Below are positions 8,618 through 17,592 of a stretch of 32,000 nt of DNA, piece by piece; position 1 is the stretch's first letter; every line of letters begins with the position of its first letter. Under the pieces are notes generated by a model, which made no database searches, was not told the DNA's origin, and was given only the letters and a program-made list of their open reading frames with translations. Source of the stretch: Halomicrobium mukohataei DSM 12286 (GTDB taxonomy: Archaea > Halobacteriota > Halobacteria > Halobacteriales > Haloarculaceae); the NCBI RefSeq assembly GCF_000023965.1, contig NC_013202.1, positions 1,650,001 to 1,682,000 of the forward strand, given 5' to 3'. The position numbers were made by a program, and so were the translations under genes.

Positions 8618-9394
8618 GTGTACGACTACCACGCTCACACCAACTACTCGGACGGTCGGTACATGTTCCACATGGCCCGAGCCGCCGAGGCGGCCGGACT
8701 TGCGGGGATCGGCTTCACCGATCACTGTACCGTCACCGAGCGCGACTTCCGCCGCGAGGAGCGGGCCCGCTACGGATTCACCCTCGACGAGACCTACGAG
8801 CGGCGGCGCATGGGCATCGAGTCGCTGCGCGCCGAGACCGACGTGGCGATCTACGACGGCGTCGAGATGGACTACCACCCCAGCGACGAGGACGCGATCG
8901 CCGACTTCCTGTCCGAGGCCGACTTCGACTACGCGATCGGGAGCGTCCACGAACTCGACGGCGCGAACGTACAGGTCCCCTCGAACTACACCGGCCGCTC
9001 CGAGCCAACACTCGACGCCCTCGTCGACGAGTACTTCGACCGTCTCGTCGAGCTGATCGAGTCCGAACTGTTCGACGTGGCCGCCCACCCCGACCTGATC
9101 GAGCGGACGCCGCCGCTGGCTGGCCGCGCGACCGAGGCACAGTATCGCCGCGTGGCGTCGGCCTTCGCCGACTCGCGGACGATCCCCGAGATCAACGCCG
9201 GGCGCGCGCTGAGCGATCTCGATCTCGTCCACCCGACGGCACCGTTCCGGTCGGTGCTGGCCGAGTACGACGTGTCCGTCACCGTCGGCTCCGACTCACA
9301 CACCCCAGAGGAGATCGAGGCGCGAGCGCCCTTCCTGCGGTCGTTCTTCGAGGAGGCAGCACTCGACCTCGTCGCGCCGCCCGCGCTCCAGTAG
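8618..9394 (+). CDS. PHP-domain metal-dependent phosphoesterase (histidinol-phosphatase HisJ-like family)
   Basis: GTG start at 8618. MYDYHAHTNYSDG is the PHP motif I, with later GFTDH, ...GSVHE... and VTVGSDSH motifs. Confidence 0.8.
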   Translation: MYDYHAHTNYSDGRYMFHMARAAEAAGLAGIGFTDHCTVTERDFRREERARYGFTLDETYERRRMGIESLRAETDVAIYDGVEMDYHPSDEDAIADFLSEADFDYAIGSVHELDGANVQVPSNYTGRSEPTLDALVDEYFDRLVELIESELFDVAAHPDLIERTPPLAGRATEAQYRRVASAFADSRTIPEINAGRALSDLDLVHPTAPFRSVLAEYDVSVTVGSDSHTPEEIEARAPFLRSFFEEAALDLVAPPALQ

Positions 9395-9397
9395 CGC

Positions 9398-10105
9398 CTA
9401 CCGGAGTTCCCGCAGCCCCGCCAGCATCTCGTCCATCTCGGCGTCCGCGACGGCGAGCGAGAAGCCGTCGATGCGGGCGAGATCGACCGCGTGATCCCAG
9501 AGGGCGTCCGATTCGAGTCCGTGCAGGACGACCGCGTTGGGCGTCGGCGTCACGACTCGCAGCGCGACCAGCGGTGACTCGCCGCGAGTCACGTCCGTAA
9601 ACACCAGCGCCCGGTTGGTCGACTGCCCGTAGAGCTGGTAGAACTCGTCCGAAGAGAGCCGCGTGATCGCGGCGATGGAGTTGATGACGGTGTGGCCGGC
9701 GACGGTGTCGGCGTCGCCACCGACCAGCTCGGTGGCGTCGATGGCGTCGTAAAAGTCCGCCAGTGGGAGGTTGGCCGGGTACTCGCCCAGATCGTGGACC
9801 ACGTCGGAGTCGAAGCCGGCCGACAGGACGCGAGCGTGCTGGCGGATGTGTTCGCCGCCGCGTCGCTCGTCGATGTCCAGCAGCGCCGAGACGACCCGCT
9901 GGACCACGCCGATGCCGGGGTTGTCGCGCCGCCCGCTCTCGTAGTCGGAGACGACAGAGGGCGACACGTCGAGCGCGTCGGCCAGTCCCGTCTGGCTCAC
10001 TTCGAAGTCCGTGCGCCACTTGCGGACGGTCTCTCCGGGCGCGTCGCTGAGCGCGATCTCGCCCGCCATCTTCTCGGCCAGTTCCGCCCGCGGTCCCCGA
10101 ACCAT
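9398..10105 (-). CDS. XRE-family helix-turn-helix transcriptional regulator with archaeal C-terminal domain
   Basis: 235 aa. TVRKWRTDFEVSQTGLADALDVSPSVVSDYESGRR is a classic Cro/C1-type HTH. The stop lies only 3 nt from the convergent PHP stop. Confidence 0.8.
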   Translation of the reverse strand: MVRGPRAELAEKMAGEIALSDAPGETVRKWRTDFEVSQTGLADALDVSPSVVSDYESGRRDNPGIGVVQRVVSALLDIDERRGGEHIRQHARVLSAGFDSDVVHDLGEYPANLPLADFYDAIDATELVGGDADTVAGHTVINSIAAITRLSSDEFYQLYGQSTNRALVFTDVTRGESPLVALRVVTPTPNAVVLHGLESDALWDHAVDLARIDGFSLAVADAEMDEMLAGLRELR

Positions 10106-10152
10106 ACCTCACCGTCTACACGGAGACGGTCAAAAGCGTACCGGAGCCGCCG

Positions 10153-10722
10153 TCACCGACCGCTGTTCGCGAGGGTAGCCCCGATCGCCCCACCGATCGA
10201 GCCGAACACGAGCGGGTAGACCAGTCCGGCGAGCCCGATCGCCGGCACCAGCGTCGGCCCGCCCGACGAGGAGTCGACGGCGACGGTAAAGAGGAAGGCC
10301 CCGGCGATCGCCAGCGGGAGGTAGCCGGCCGTGACCGCGCCGCCGGTCCGGAGCGCGTCGCCCACGTCGGTCGCGTCGGCCATCCGGGCACCGAAGAGAC
10401 CGGCCGCGATCAACAGCGCCGGTGGGAGCACGTACAGGACGGGCGACAGCGCGTCGCCCTGTGCGATGTAGTTGAGGACCTCCGTGCCGCCGAGAAACGG
10501 GATGTCGATGTCGATCGTCGTCGTCACGCCGTGGGCGTTGTAGAACACCCAGCCGACGAGCTTCCAGGCGACGCCGCCGTCGCCGACCGCCTCGACGATC
10601 TGATTCAGGCTCGACTCCTCGACGGCGGGGCCACTGAGCACGTACGTGAAGACGTAGCCCAGCACGTACGCCCCGATCCCGCTTCCGGCTGCCGGTCCCA
10701 GCTCGCGAACAGTTTCTTTCAT
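10153..10722 (-). CDS. integral membrane protein, function unknown
   Basis: Tracked ORF 10153..10857 trimmed to the ATG at 10722..10720 (MKETVRELGPAAGSGIGAYVLGYVFTYVL...). There are four or five Gly/Ala-rich hydrophobic helices. A TATAT box at 10749..10753 lies about 28 nt upstream. Confidence 0.7.
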   Translation of the reverse strand: MKETVRELGPAAGSGIGAYVLGYVFTYVLSGPAVEESSLNQIVEAVGDGGVAWKLVGWVFYNAHGVTTTIDIDIPFLGGTEVLNYIAQGDALSPVLYVLPPALLIAAGLFGARMADATDVGDALRTGGAVTAGYLPLAIAGAFLFTVAVDSSSGGPTLVPAIGLAGLVYPLVFGSIGGAIGATLANSGR

Positions 10723-10810
10723 GCCGTTCGCCCTGCGAGCAGCCACGGTATATGTCTTTGGGAGCGGTCGCGGGGCAAACACTGATGCCGGCGACGGCGA
10801 AAGCGACCGT

Positions 10811-12043
10811 ATGGCAACGAGCGCGTCGCTGACCGAGCCGTCGGTCCTCGCACACACGAAGCGCGAGCTGTTTCCCGGCGACGATCCGGACGGCTACGTC
10901 GTCGCGGACACGCAGTTCGCACAGGAGCGGTGGGTCGATCGTCGCCCGATCGCCGAGGAGACGAAGGCTGCACTCGCGCCGTTCAACCACGTCCGGGTCG
11001 GCACCGGCTACCCGGATCTCGTCGGCGTCGGACCGCTCGATAACGACTTGCTCGCGGTCGACCGACAGGGCGAGCGGCCGCCGCTGGTGGTCGTCGAGGC
11101 CAAGGGCTACTCCGGCGGGACGGTCGACGGCGAGCGTGCCGTCGTCCAGGCACACGACCGGCTCGACGAGGCCAACGTCGCCTTCGTCTCGGCTCCGCTG
11201 GCGTCGATCCGAGACGGCGAACGCACGCTGGCGCGCGAACTGAACGTCGGCGTCCTCGGCGTCACCGAGAGCGGTCGTGTCGAAGTGCTCGAACGACCCA
11301 GAGTCGTCGGGAACCGGACCGACGGCGAGGCCGGCGCGATCCGGTTCCAGGCAGGTGCCCAGGGCGTCGCCGAGAAGAGCTTCGGGCTGAACCATCCCAA
11401 GAACTACCTCGCCTACCCGCTGGCGGTCGCACACGACGGCGAGACCGAGCGGCTCGTCGCCGACCACGTCGTCGGCGCGGTCGACGCGGCTCGCCAGGGC
11501 GCGGCCTTCCTCGGGCTGGTCGACGCCCAGCCCCGGCCGACGCTGACGCCGCTGGGTCGGGAGGTCGTCCGGTTCGGACTCGAAGAGTTTGGGACGCTCG
11601 AAGCGGCAGTGGTCGACTTCGAGTCCTATCGCCGCTCGCGAAAGCGGTTCGTCGACGTCGCCCCGCGCTGGGGACAGGTCGCTCGCCGCGTCGTCTACGC
11701 CTATCCGGCGACGACGCTGCTCGTCGAGGAACTCCAGCAGATGCACGACGACGGCATCGACGCCCCCTCGCTGGTCGAACTGGTCGAGTGGCTCCACGCT
11801 CACCACCCGACGTTCACCGTCGAACTGTTCTTCCGGGGCGACGAGAACGTCCGCGAGCGCGTCCTGAACGAGGGTGGCGAACTCAGGGACGCGCCGCTCT
11901 CGGACGGCGACAGCTACCACTCACCGACGGTCTTTCAGCTCAAGGCGATGCTGTACCACGCCGGTCTGCTCACCGACCGCGGGGCCGAGCCGTCGAAGCT
12001 CGATCCAGAGCGCGACACGTGGGCGCTGTGTCACCCGGTCTGA
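10811..12043 (+). CDS. uncharacterised protein with N-terminal PD-(D/E)XK nuclease-like motif
   Basis: Tracked ORF 10721..12043 trimmed to the ATG at 10811 (MATSASLTEPSVL...). YPDLVGVGP ... PPLVVVEAKGYSG fits the PD...(D/E)xK signature with the expected beta-strand context. The C-terminal half is helical (LVELVEWLHAHHP...). The start is uncertain. Confidence 0.6.
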   Translation: MATSASLTEPSVLAHTKRELFPGDDPDGYVVADTQFAQERWVDRRPIAEETKAALAPFNHVRVGTGYPDLVGVGPLDNDLLAVDRQGERPPLVVVEAKGYSGGTVDGERAVVQAHDRLDEANVAFVSAPLASIRDGERTLARELNVGVLGVTESGRVEVLERPRVVGNRTDGEAGAIRFQAGAQGVAEKSFGLNHPKNYLAYPLAVAHDGETERLVADHVVGAVDAARQGAAFLGLVDAQPRPTLTPLGREVVRFGLEEFGTLEAAVVDFESYRRSRKRFVDVAPRWGQVARRVVYAYPATTLLVEELQQMHDDGIDAPSLVELVEWLHAHHPTFTVELFFRGDENVRERVLNEGGELRDAPLSDGDSYHSPTVFQLKAMLYHAGLLTDRGAEPSKLDPERDTWALCHPV

Positions 12044-13695
12044 CCGCCGGTCGGGAACGTCGTCACCGTCTCGATGCCGTCGGGCGAGAGGCGGACCCGC
12101 TGGTTCGGTGCCACGTCGTCGAAGGTCCGTTCGGTCCCGTCGGGCCAGGTGACCGTGATCGTCACGTTGCCCTCGCCCGCGAGGCCGACGTGGCCGACCT
12201 GACTCTCCTGTGAGAGGTAGTCCGTCTCCGAGTACTGGACGACCCGCTGGGTGCTGTCCTCGCCGCTCACGGTCACGGTCGCGCCCAGTGCCGTCCCGCC
12301 GGTCTCGTCGACGGCCCGGAACTGCAGGCGATCCGTGTCGCTGGTGACCGTGTTCTCGTAGACGGCGAATCGGTCGCCGTAGGCGGCCGATATCACGTCC
12401 TGATCGCCGTCGTTGTCGAAGTCGAGTGCGACCAGACCACGTCCGTCGGTCTCGGGGAGCCCCCGCTCGTCGGCTGCGAGGTTCTCGAAGCCCCCGTCGG
12501 TCCGCTCCCAGAGCATGGGGAAGGTGTAGCGTGGATCGTCGGGGTCCAGCCGGAACACGTTCTGGGTCGCGTGCATGAGGTCGCGGTCCCCGTCGTTGTC
12601 GAAGTCCGTCGCCGTCGCGGCCCACCCCCAGCCACCCGTCTGGACGCCCAGGGACTTGGCTCGATCCTCGAACGTGCCGTTGCCCTGATTGACCATCACG
12701 GTGTTGCCCTTCGTCCGGCCCGAGTGGAAGGCGAACGTCGACATCCGTTCGAGCAGCTCGTAGCGTTCCTCGGACATGTTGTCCCGTGAGATGGGCAGTT
12801 CGATGTTCGTGACGAACACGTCCCGACGCCGGTCACCGCCCAGGTCGGCGACCTCGACGGACATCCCGTTTCGCGCGGTCGGTCCCTCCAGCTGGCGCTG
12901 GCTGAAGCTGGCGCCGCCCTCGTTGACGTAGAGCACGTCGGTGTTGAAGTCGTTCGCCACGTAGATGTCCGGTCGGCCGTCGTCAGTCAGGTCCGTTGCA
13001 GTGGCGGCCAGACTCCAGCGATCGCCCTCGATGCCGGCGTCCTCGACGCGCTCGAACTCGCCGCCGACGTTGCGATAGAGGTAGTTAGGGTAGCCGTTGT
13101 CTGACGTGAGCGTCTCGTTCAGTGCGCTCTTGCCGGCCGGGGTCTTTTCGAGCCAGTCACCGGACTGGTAGAGGAACAGGTCGACGCGGCCGTCGCCGTC
13201 GAAGTCGGCTGGCGCGGCTCCCAGGGGATGTGTGACGTTCTCCAGACCCACGTCGTCCGGTTCGAACGATCCCTCGTCGTTGTGGAGCGCGACGACGCCA
13301 CCGCCCCGGGGCAACAACAGGAGGTCCTTCCAGCCGTCGTCGTCGTAGTCGACGAACGTGGCGCTCTTGAACTGCCGGTCGTACTCCGGTAACGCGCCCG
13401 AGCGACTGAACTCGCCGCCGGTGTTCTCGAACAGCACCGGCCGTTGGCCGCCGACCGCCAGCACGTCGTCCCAGCCGTCGTTGTCCACGTCGGCGACGTA
13501 GACGCCCGCGTTGCCGTTGCCGGCACCGCCCGCCACGTCGTCGCTGTAGTTCAGCCCCACCTCTCCGGTCACGTCCTCGAAGCCGATCTCGCCGCCGGTG
13601 TCGCTGCCGCCCCCCATCTCGGCGATCGAAGTGCAGCCGGCGGTCACGGTCAGCAGTGCGACGACGGTGACCGCCAGCGTCCGTCGGTCGATCAT
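12031..13695 (-). CDS. CRTAC1-family FG-GAP/VCBS repeat lipoprotein with ASPIC/UnbV C-terminal domain
   Basis: MIDRRTLAVTVVALLTVTAGC is a lipobox signal. Repeats include DVDNDGWDDV, DYDDDGWKDL, DFDGDGRVDL, DLTDDGRPDIYV and DFDNDGD(R/Q)D. The C-terminus YLSQESQVGHVGLAGEGNVTITVTWPDG is UnbV-like. The ATG overlaps the upstream stop (ATGA at 13692..13695). Confidence 0.85.
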   Translation of the reverse strand: MIDRRTLAVTVVALLTVTAGCTSIAEMGGGSDTGGEIGFEDVTGEVGLNYSDDVAGGAGNGNAGVYVADVDNDGWDDVLAVGGQRPVLFENTGGEFSRSGALPEYDRQFKSATFVDYDDDGWKDLLLLPRGGGVVALHNDEGSFEPDDVGLENVTHPLGAAPADFDGDGRVDLFLYQSGDWLEKTPAGKSALNETLTSDNGYPNYLYRNVGGEFERVEDAGIEGDRWSLAATATDLTDDGRPDIYVANDFNTDVLYVNEGGASFSQRQLEGPTARNGMSVEVADLGGDRRRDVFVTNIELPISRDNMSEERYELLERMSTFAFHSGRTKGNTVMVNQGNGTFEDRAKSLGVQTGGWGWAATATDFDNDGDRDLMHATQNVFRLDPDDPRYTFPMLWERTDGGFENLAADERGLPETDGRGLVALDFDNDGDQDVISAAYGDRFAVYENTVTSDTDRLQFRAVDETGGTALGATVTVSGEDSTQRVVQYSETDYLSQESQVGHVGLAGEGNVTITVTWPDGTERTFDDVAPNQRVRLSPDGIETVTTFPTGGQTG

Positions 13696-14996
13696 GGTGT
13701 CGGGAGCGCGCGGTCCTCGCGCGCGGGAACGACGAGGGCCGTCCGCCCCTTCGTTTCGAGGTAGTCGACGATCCCGTGTTCGTCGTCGTCGACGTCGAAG
13801 TCGTACTCCTCGGGCTCCATCGCCCGTCGGGTGGTGACGAAGTCCTCGATGTCCTGCTGGATCGAGGTGAAGTTGAAGTCGACCGGTTCGGGGGCGTCCG
13901 TCGCGACCCCCTCCGAGCGCCGCAGGATCAGCGGATCGAACGAGTCGTCACGGATGCTCGCCAGCTTCTGTGAGTGGCCGACGCGGGCGTGTCGGTCGGC
14001 GTCCTCGGTCATCCGATCGACGTCCGTCTCGGTGATCGAGCTCTCGCTGCCGAGCTTGTCGGCGGTCTCGCCGATCTCTTCGGGGTCGTGAGCGGGACAG
14101 AACATCTTCTCGGTGCGGTCTTCCAGGTCGCCGCTGTCGTACCAGCGATCCAGGTCGATGTGCAACCGACCGACTGCGGCCGTCGTCCCACCGGCGAACG
14201 GTCCCGAGTCGATCGTCACCGCCGCTTCGCTGGGCTGGGAGTCTTTGAAGCCAGAGCGAAATCCCATCGAGAGAGGTGCGTCGTCTGGCACGTCGTCCTG
14301 TTCGACCTCGTCGGCGACCAGCCCCTGTCCCACGACGCCGGTGCGGCGCGTCGTCCGTTCGAAGATCCCGGACAGCGTCGCGTCGAACGCGACGCCGTTG
14401 AGTTCGTCGATCTCGCCCCACAGCGCTTCCTCGGCACCGATCGTCAGCGAGCCCAGATCGCTCGTCAGGAAGAGGACCGCGTCGAACTCGTCCGCGTGTT
14501 CGGTGTCCTCTCCGATCGATTCGAGGAGCGATTCGGGCGACGTGAGCTGCTCGACCGAGCTTCCGAGCCGATCGAAGTATCGGCTCGTGTAGCCCAGCAT
14601 CGTCAGCAGGCCGTCGTTGATCGCCGCCGACGGGTCACCGCCGGTTCCCCACCTGACTGCCGCTTCGAGCGTCGAGAGGGCCTCTTCGACTCGCTCGCGC
14701 TCTGCGGTCGTCGGCGGCACCGAGCCGACGTAGGAGAGTCCCAGAATGACCTGATGCTGGGGCAGCGACGTGTTTCCGTGTGCGCCGTGGACGAGATACT
14801 CGTTCCACTCGTGTTGCCCGTCGGGCAGCGACGCCGTGTCGGTGCCAGACGGGAAGCGACCGCCGCCCGTATCGGTCTCTCCGCCCTCGTCCAGTTCCCG
14901 GTCCATGCACGCGGCGAGCGCGGCCGTCCCACCGATCGCAACCGCAGATCGGACGAAATCGCGGCGAGAGATCCCTCGCAAACGGTCGGATGACAT
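13692..14996 (-). CDS. Tat-secreted Dyp-type peroxidase-like protein
   Basis: MSSDRLRGISRRDFVRSAVAIGGTAALAAC is a twin-arginine signal. GFRSGFKDSQP resembles the Dyp GxxDG region (here D-S). VGHSQKLA...ILRRSEG resembles the proximal-His / RR region. The family call is from memory of these motifs only. Confidence 0.6.
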   Translation of the reverse strand: MSSDRLRGISRRDFVRSAVAIGGTAALAACMDRELDEGGETDTGGGRFPSGTDTASLPDGQHEWNEYLVHGAHGNTSLPQHQVILGLSYVGSVPPTTAERERVEEALSTLEAAVRWGTGGDPSAAINDGLLTMLGYTSRYFDRLGSSVEQLTSPESLLESIGEDTEHADEFDAVLFLTSDLGSLTIGAEEALWGEIDELNGVAFDATLSGIFERTTRRTGVVGQGLVADEVEQDDVPDDAPLSMGFRSGFKDSQPSEAAVTIDSGPFAGGTTAAVGRLHIDLDRWYDSGDLEDRTEKMFCPAHDPEEIGETADKLGSESSITETDVDRMTEDADRHARVGHSQKLASIRDDSFDPLILRRSEGVATDAPEPVDFNFTSIQQDIEDFVTTRRAMEPEEYDFDVDDDEHGIVDYLETKGRTALVVPAREDRALPTP

Positions 14997-15230
14997 TGAC
15001 TGGCATTACCTTCACACCCTGATAATTCTTTCGCGAAGACGCTGGCATTTCGGTGTCGCCGAGTGAAACGAACCGGTTTTGGCCACGCAGATCTCCTCGC
15101 TGCCCACCAGCAGTGAACGATACCGCCCGAGCGTACGGACAGTCCCGTCTAGGACAGCGTACCGAGCGGAATCCCGTGTCATCCGTCGGATCGGTTTCGG
15201 CGAGGCGACAGATTCCGACGGCGAACTGAT

Positions 15231-15262
15231 CCAAAATCATATATGTAATGGTTTGCCAACCA
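15231..15262 (+). promoter_or_regulatory. promoter/operator block of the first binding-protein gene
   Basis: CCAAAA-tc-ATATATG-taa-TGGTTTGCCAAC(CA), with the ATATAT box starting 30 nt before the ATG at 15269. The same blocks with identical spacing precede the paralogue (27749..27778, minus strand). TGGTT-N4-AACCA is a palindrome. Confidence 0.6.
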
Positions 15263-15268
15263 TAGGCC

Positions 15269-16597
15269 ATGACAACGGACGACCGTGGTGGCTGCGGTTC
15301 GCGGGCGACGCGGCGGCGTGTACTCGAATCTCTGGGTGGGACCGGAGCGGTGGCGCTGGCCGGCTGTCTCGGATCTGACGGGGCGACGACAGAAACCAGC
15401 ACCGACGATTCGGTGACGATCGGACTGTCCTCGCCCGAGTCCGGTCGCTACTCTCCGATCGGCGATCACGAGCGGCGAGGGTTCGAACTCGCGGTCACCC
15501 ATCTCAACGAGGGCGGGGGCCTGGTCGGTGGCGATGGGTTCGCTCGTCTCTCAGGGGACGGCGTGCTCGGACGGACCGTCGAGACCGCCGTCGCCGACAC
15601 GGAAGGGGACGCCTCGACGGCCGAAACGAACCTCCAGCAGCGACTCGGCGACGACGAGCTGGCCATGTTCACCGGCGGTGTCGCGGGCAGCGTCGTCACG
15701 ACACACCGGGATCTGGCGGACGAACACGAGACGCCGTACTTCGTCGGCACGTCGACGCTGAACCAGCTCACCGGCGAGAACTGCTCGCCACACGTCTACC
15801 GCGAGCTGTTCAACTCTCGCACGCTGGCCCGTGCCCTCGTCCCGGAAGTCGTCTCCGACATCGACGGTGCCCAGTTCTTCTTCCAGGTCACTACCGACAC
15901 GATCGAAGGACGCGACCTCAAGCGGAGCATCAACCGCTACGCGACCGCGAGCGACCTCGACTTGCGGCCCATCGGCACGACGACGGTCCGGTCGGGCTCG
16001 ACCGACTTCGAGCGAGCGCTCTCGGAAGCGTCGAGCAACAGCGTCGACATCGTCTTCCTCGATCTGTTCGGCCTCGACGCCGTCAACGCGATCCAGCAGG
16101 CCAAAGAGATCCTCTCAGAGGATGCAGTCATCGTCGTTCCGTTGCTCACCCAGTCGGTCTCGGATTCGCTGGGCGAGCGGGTCGAGGGAGTCTACGGCAC
16201 CGTCGGCTGGCACGAGAACCTCGATACGCCGCTGTCGAGCAAGTTCGGCGACGCCTACCAGAACGAGTACTCGGGAACGATGAGCACCACGGCCCTCGTC
16301 CCACCGGGCCCGGCCCAGAACACGTACGGACAGGTCCTGTTGTGGGCCAGCGCGGCCGAGGCCGCCGGCACGTTCGACGCGGACGCGGTCCGGTCCGAAC
16401 TCGAAGGGGTCGAGTACGCACTCGGTGCGGGTTCAGAGACGATGCGGGCCTGCGACCACCAGGCGATGCGAGCCGTCCCGGTCGTTCGTGGCAGTACCGG
16501 GACGGACTCGGTCGGGAACTACTTCGAGCTGTTGAACGGGCGGCGAAACGTGGAACCCGGCTGTGACGAACCGCCCGCGTCGGCGTGTGAGCTGTAA
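15269..16597 (+). CDS. LivJ-type (type 1 periplasmic binding fold) ABC substrate-binding lipoprotein, orphan
   Basis: 442 aa. SRATRRRVLESLGGTGAVALAGCLG is a Tat motif plus lipobox, and the body looks like a branched-chain amino acid binding protein. No permease or ATPase genes are adjacent. Paralogue of 26412..27740. Confidence 0.8.
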   Translation: MTTDDRGGCGSRATRRRVLESLGGTGAVALAGCLGSDGATTETSTDDSVTIGLSSPESGRYSPIGDHERRGFELAVTHLNEGGGLVGGDGFARLSGDGVLGRTVETAVADTEGDASTAETNLQQRLGDDELAMFTGGVAGSVVTTHRDLADEHETPYFVGTSTLNQLTGENCSPHVYRELFNSRTLARALVPEVVSDIDGAQFFFQVTTDTIEGRDLKRSINRYATASDLDLRPIGTTTVRSGSTDFERALSEASSNSVDIVFLDLFGLDAVNAIQQAKEILSEDAVIVVPLLTQSVSDSLGERVEGVYGTVGWHENLDTPLSSKFGDAYQNEYSGTMSTTALVPPGPAQNTYGQVLLWASAAEAAGTFDADAVRSELEGVEYALGAGSETMRACDHQAMRAVPVVRGSTGTDSVGNYFELLNGRRNVEPGCDEPPASACEL

Positions 16598-16692
16598 GCA
16601 CGTACGGTCACTCCGGACCCGCCCACACGCCGCCGTCGGGACGCGACTCGATCTCCGTCTCACCAGGAGTGTAGCTCCGAGAGCGTCCCGTC

Positions 16693-16776
16693 TCATACTG
16701 CCGGCTGTCCGTCTGTACAGCAGTTCGCGACCACGGGGTCGCGAACGTCTCGAAACAGAGACAGCCGGCAGTATCA
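16693..16776. repeat. 84-bp long palindromic element, TGATAC...GTATGA family, member 3 (minus orientation, more diverged)
   Basis: Stems: ATACTGCCGGCTGTC 16695..16709 / GACAGCCGGCAGTAT 16760..16774; TCTGT 16712..16716 / ACAGA 16755..16759; GTTCGCGACC 16723..16732 / GGTCGCGAAC 16737..16746. Read on the minus strand it starts TGATAC and ends GTATGA. Its first TGA is the stop codon of the response-regulator gene. Confidence 0.8.
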
Positions 16777-17391
16777 GTCGCGCCCGGTCAGTTCGGAGAA
16801 CAGCGATCCGAAGTCGTCGACGTTCTCGGAGAGGTCGTCGACCTCGTCGGCCAGTCGCTCGACGCGAGCGGTGATTTCCGCGTACGCTTCGCTCTTCGCT
16901 CGGGCCCTCGGATTCATCTCGGACTCCAGTGTCGCCTGCTTCGAAAGGGCTGCGAAGTACGCTTGCAGGTGGTCGTCGTACGTATCGCGGCGCATCATCG
17001 CTTCGACCGTCTCCCGGAGATCAGCACCCGTGACGGGCTTCGTGAGGTAGTCGTCGAAGGGCATGTCGACGATGTCGACGTCGGGATCGACGGCCGTGAC
17101 CATCACGACGCGACAGTCGAGCCCACGCTCCTGGACCCGTTGTAGCACCTCGTCCCCGGAGAGACCTGGCATCTGTCTGTCCAGGAGGACGATGTCGACC
17201 GACTCGTCGGCGTACTCCAGTGCCTGGTCACCGTCGTACGCGACGCTGGTTTCGTACTCCTCGCCGAGCCACATGGCGTACAGATCTGCAACGTCGCGTT
17301 CGTCGTCGACGACGAGAATCTCGGGTGTCTCGGCGTCCGTCTTCAGTTGCACGCCAGATGCCTCCGTCCGTTCGTCGTCCCCCCGCCACAT
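16774..17391 (-). CDS. response regulator with receiver domain and C-terminal HalX domain
   Basis: EILVVDDERDVADLY...IVLLDRQMPGLSGDEV...VVMVTA...YLTKP shows the receiver residues. The helical C-terminus (AYFAALSKQATLESEMNPRARAKSEAYAEITARVERLADEVDDL) is HalX-like. The start is set at the ATG at 17391 (MWRGDD), where TTTATC lies 28-33 nt upstream. The ATG at 17412 is an alternative. Confidence 0.85.
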   Translation of the reverse strand: MWRGDDERTEASGVQLKTDAETPEILVVDDERDVADLYAMWLGEEYETSVAYDGDQALEYADESVDIVLLDRQMPGLSGDEVLQRVQERGLDCRVVMVTAVDPDVDIVDMPFDDYLTKPVTGADLRETVEAMMRRDTYDDHLQAYFAALSKQATLESEMNPRARAKSEAYAEITARVERLADEVDDLSENVDDFGSLFSELTGRD

Positions 17392-17592
17392 ACTGTCCCC
17401 CAATTTCGCCATACCACAGATAAATCTATCTACCAGATTATCGCCCGTGATTATGGACAGGCGACGCGTCACCCCCCGTCTCACCGGTCGGTCTTCGACC
17501 CCGCAGTGGGGATCGGAGGGACGATGCCGATCCCGTTCGGCGCTGGCGACCCCACGACATTGATACGCCGTCGCCACTCAGTAGTCACACCG

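Noticed and set aside
8537-9232. N-terminal 230-aa extension of tracked ORF 8018..9232
   Set aside because: The extension is non-acidic, antisense to the PHP gene, and precedes a perfectly good ATG plus signal peptide at 8536.
10130-11920. 596-aa minus-strand ORF spanning two called genes
   Set aside because: It overlaps the membrane-protein gene out of frame and is antisense to the PD-(D/E)XK-like gene. Its Arg/Gly/Asp-rich composition has no domain-like segments. I kept the acidic, high-GC3 frames instead.
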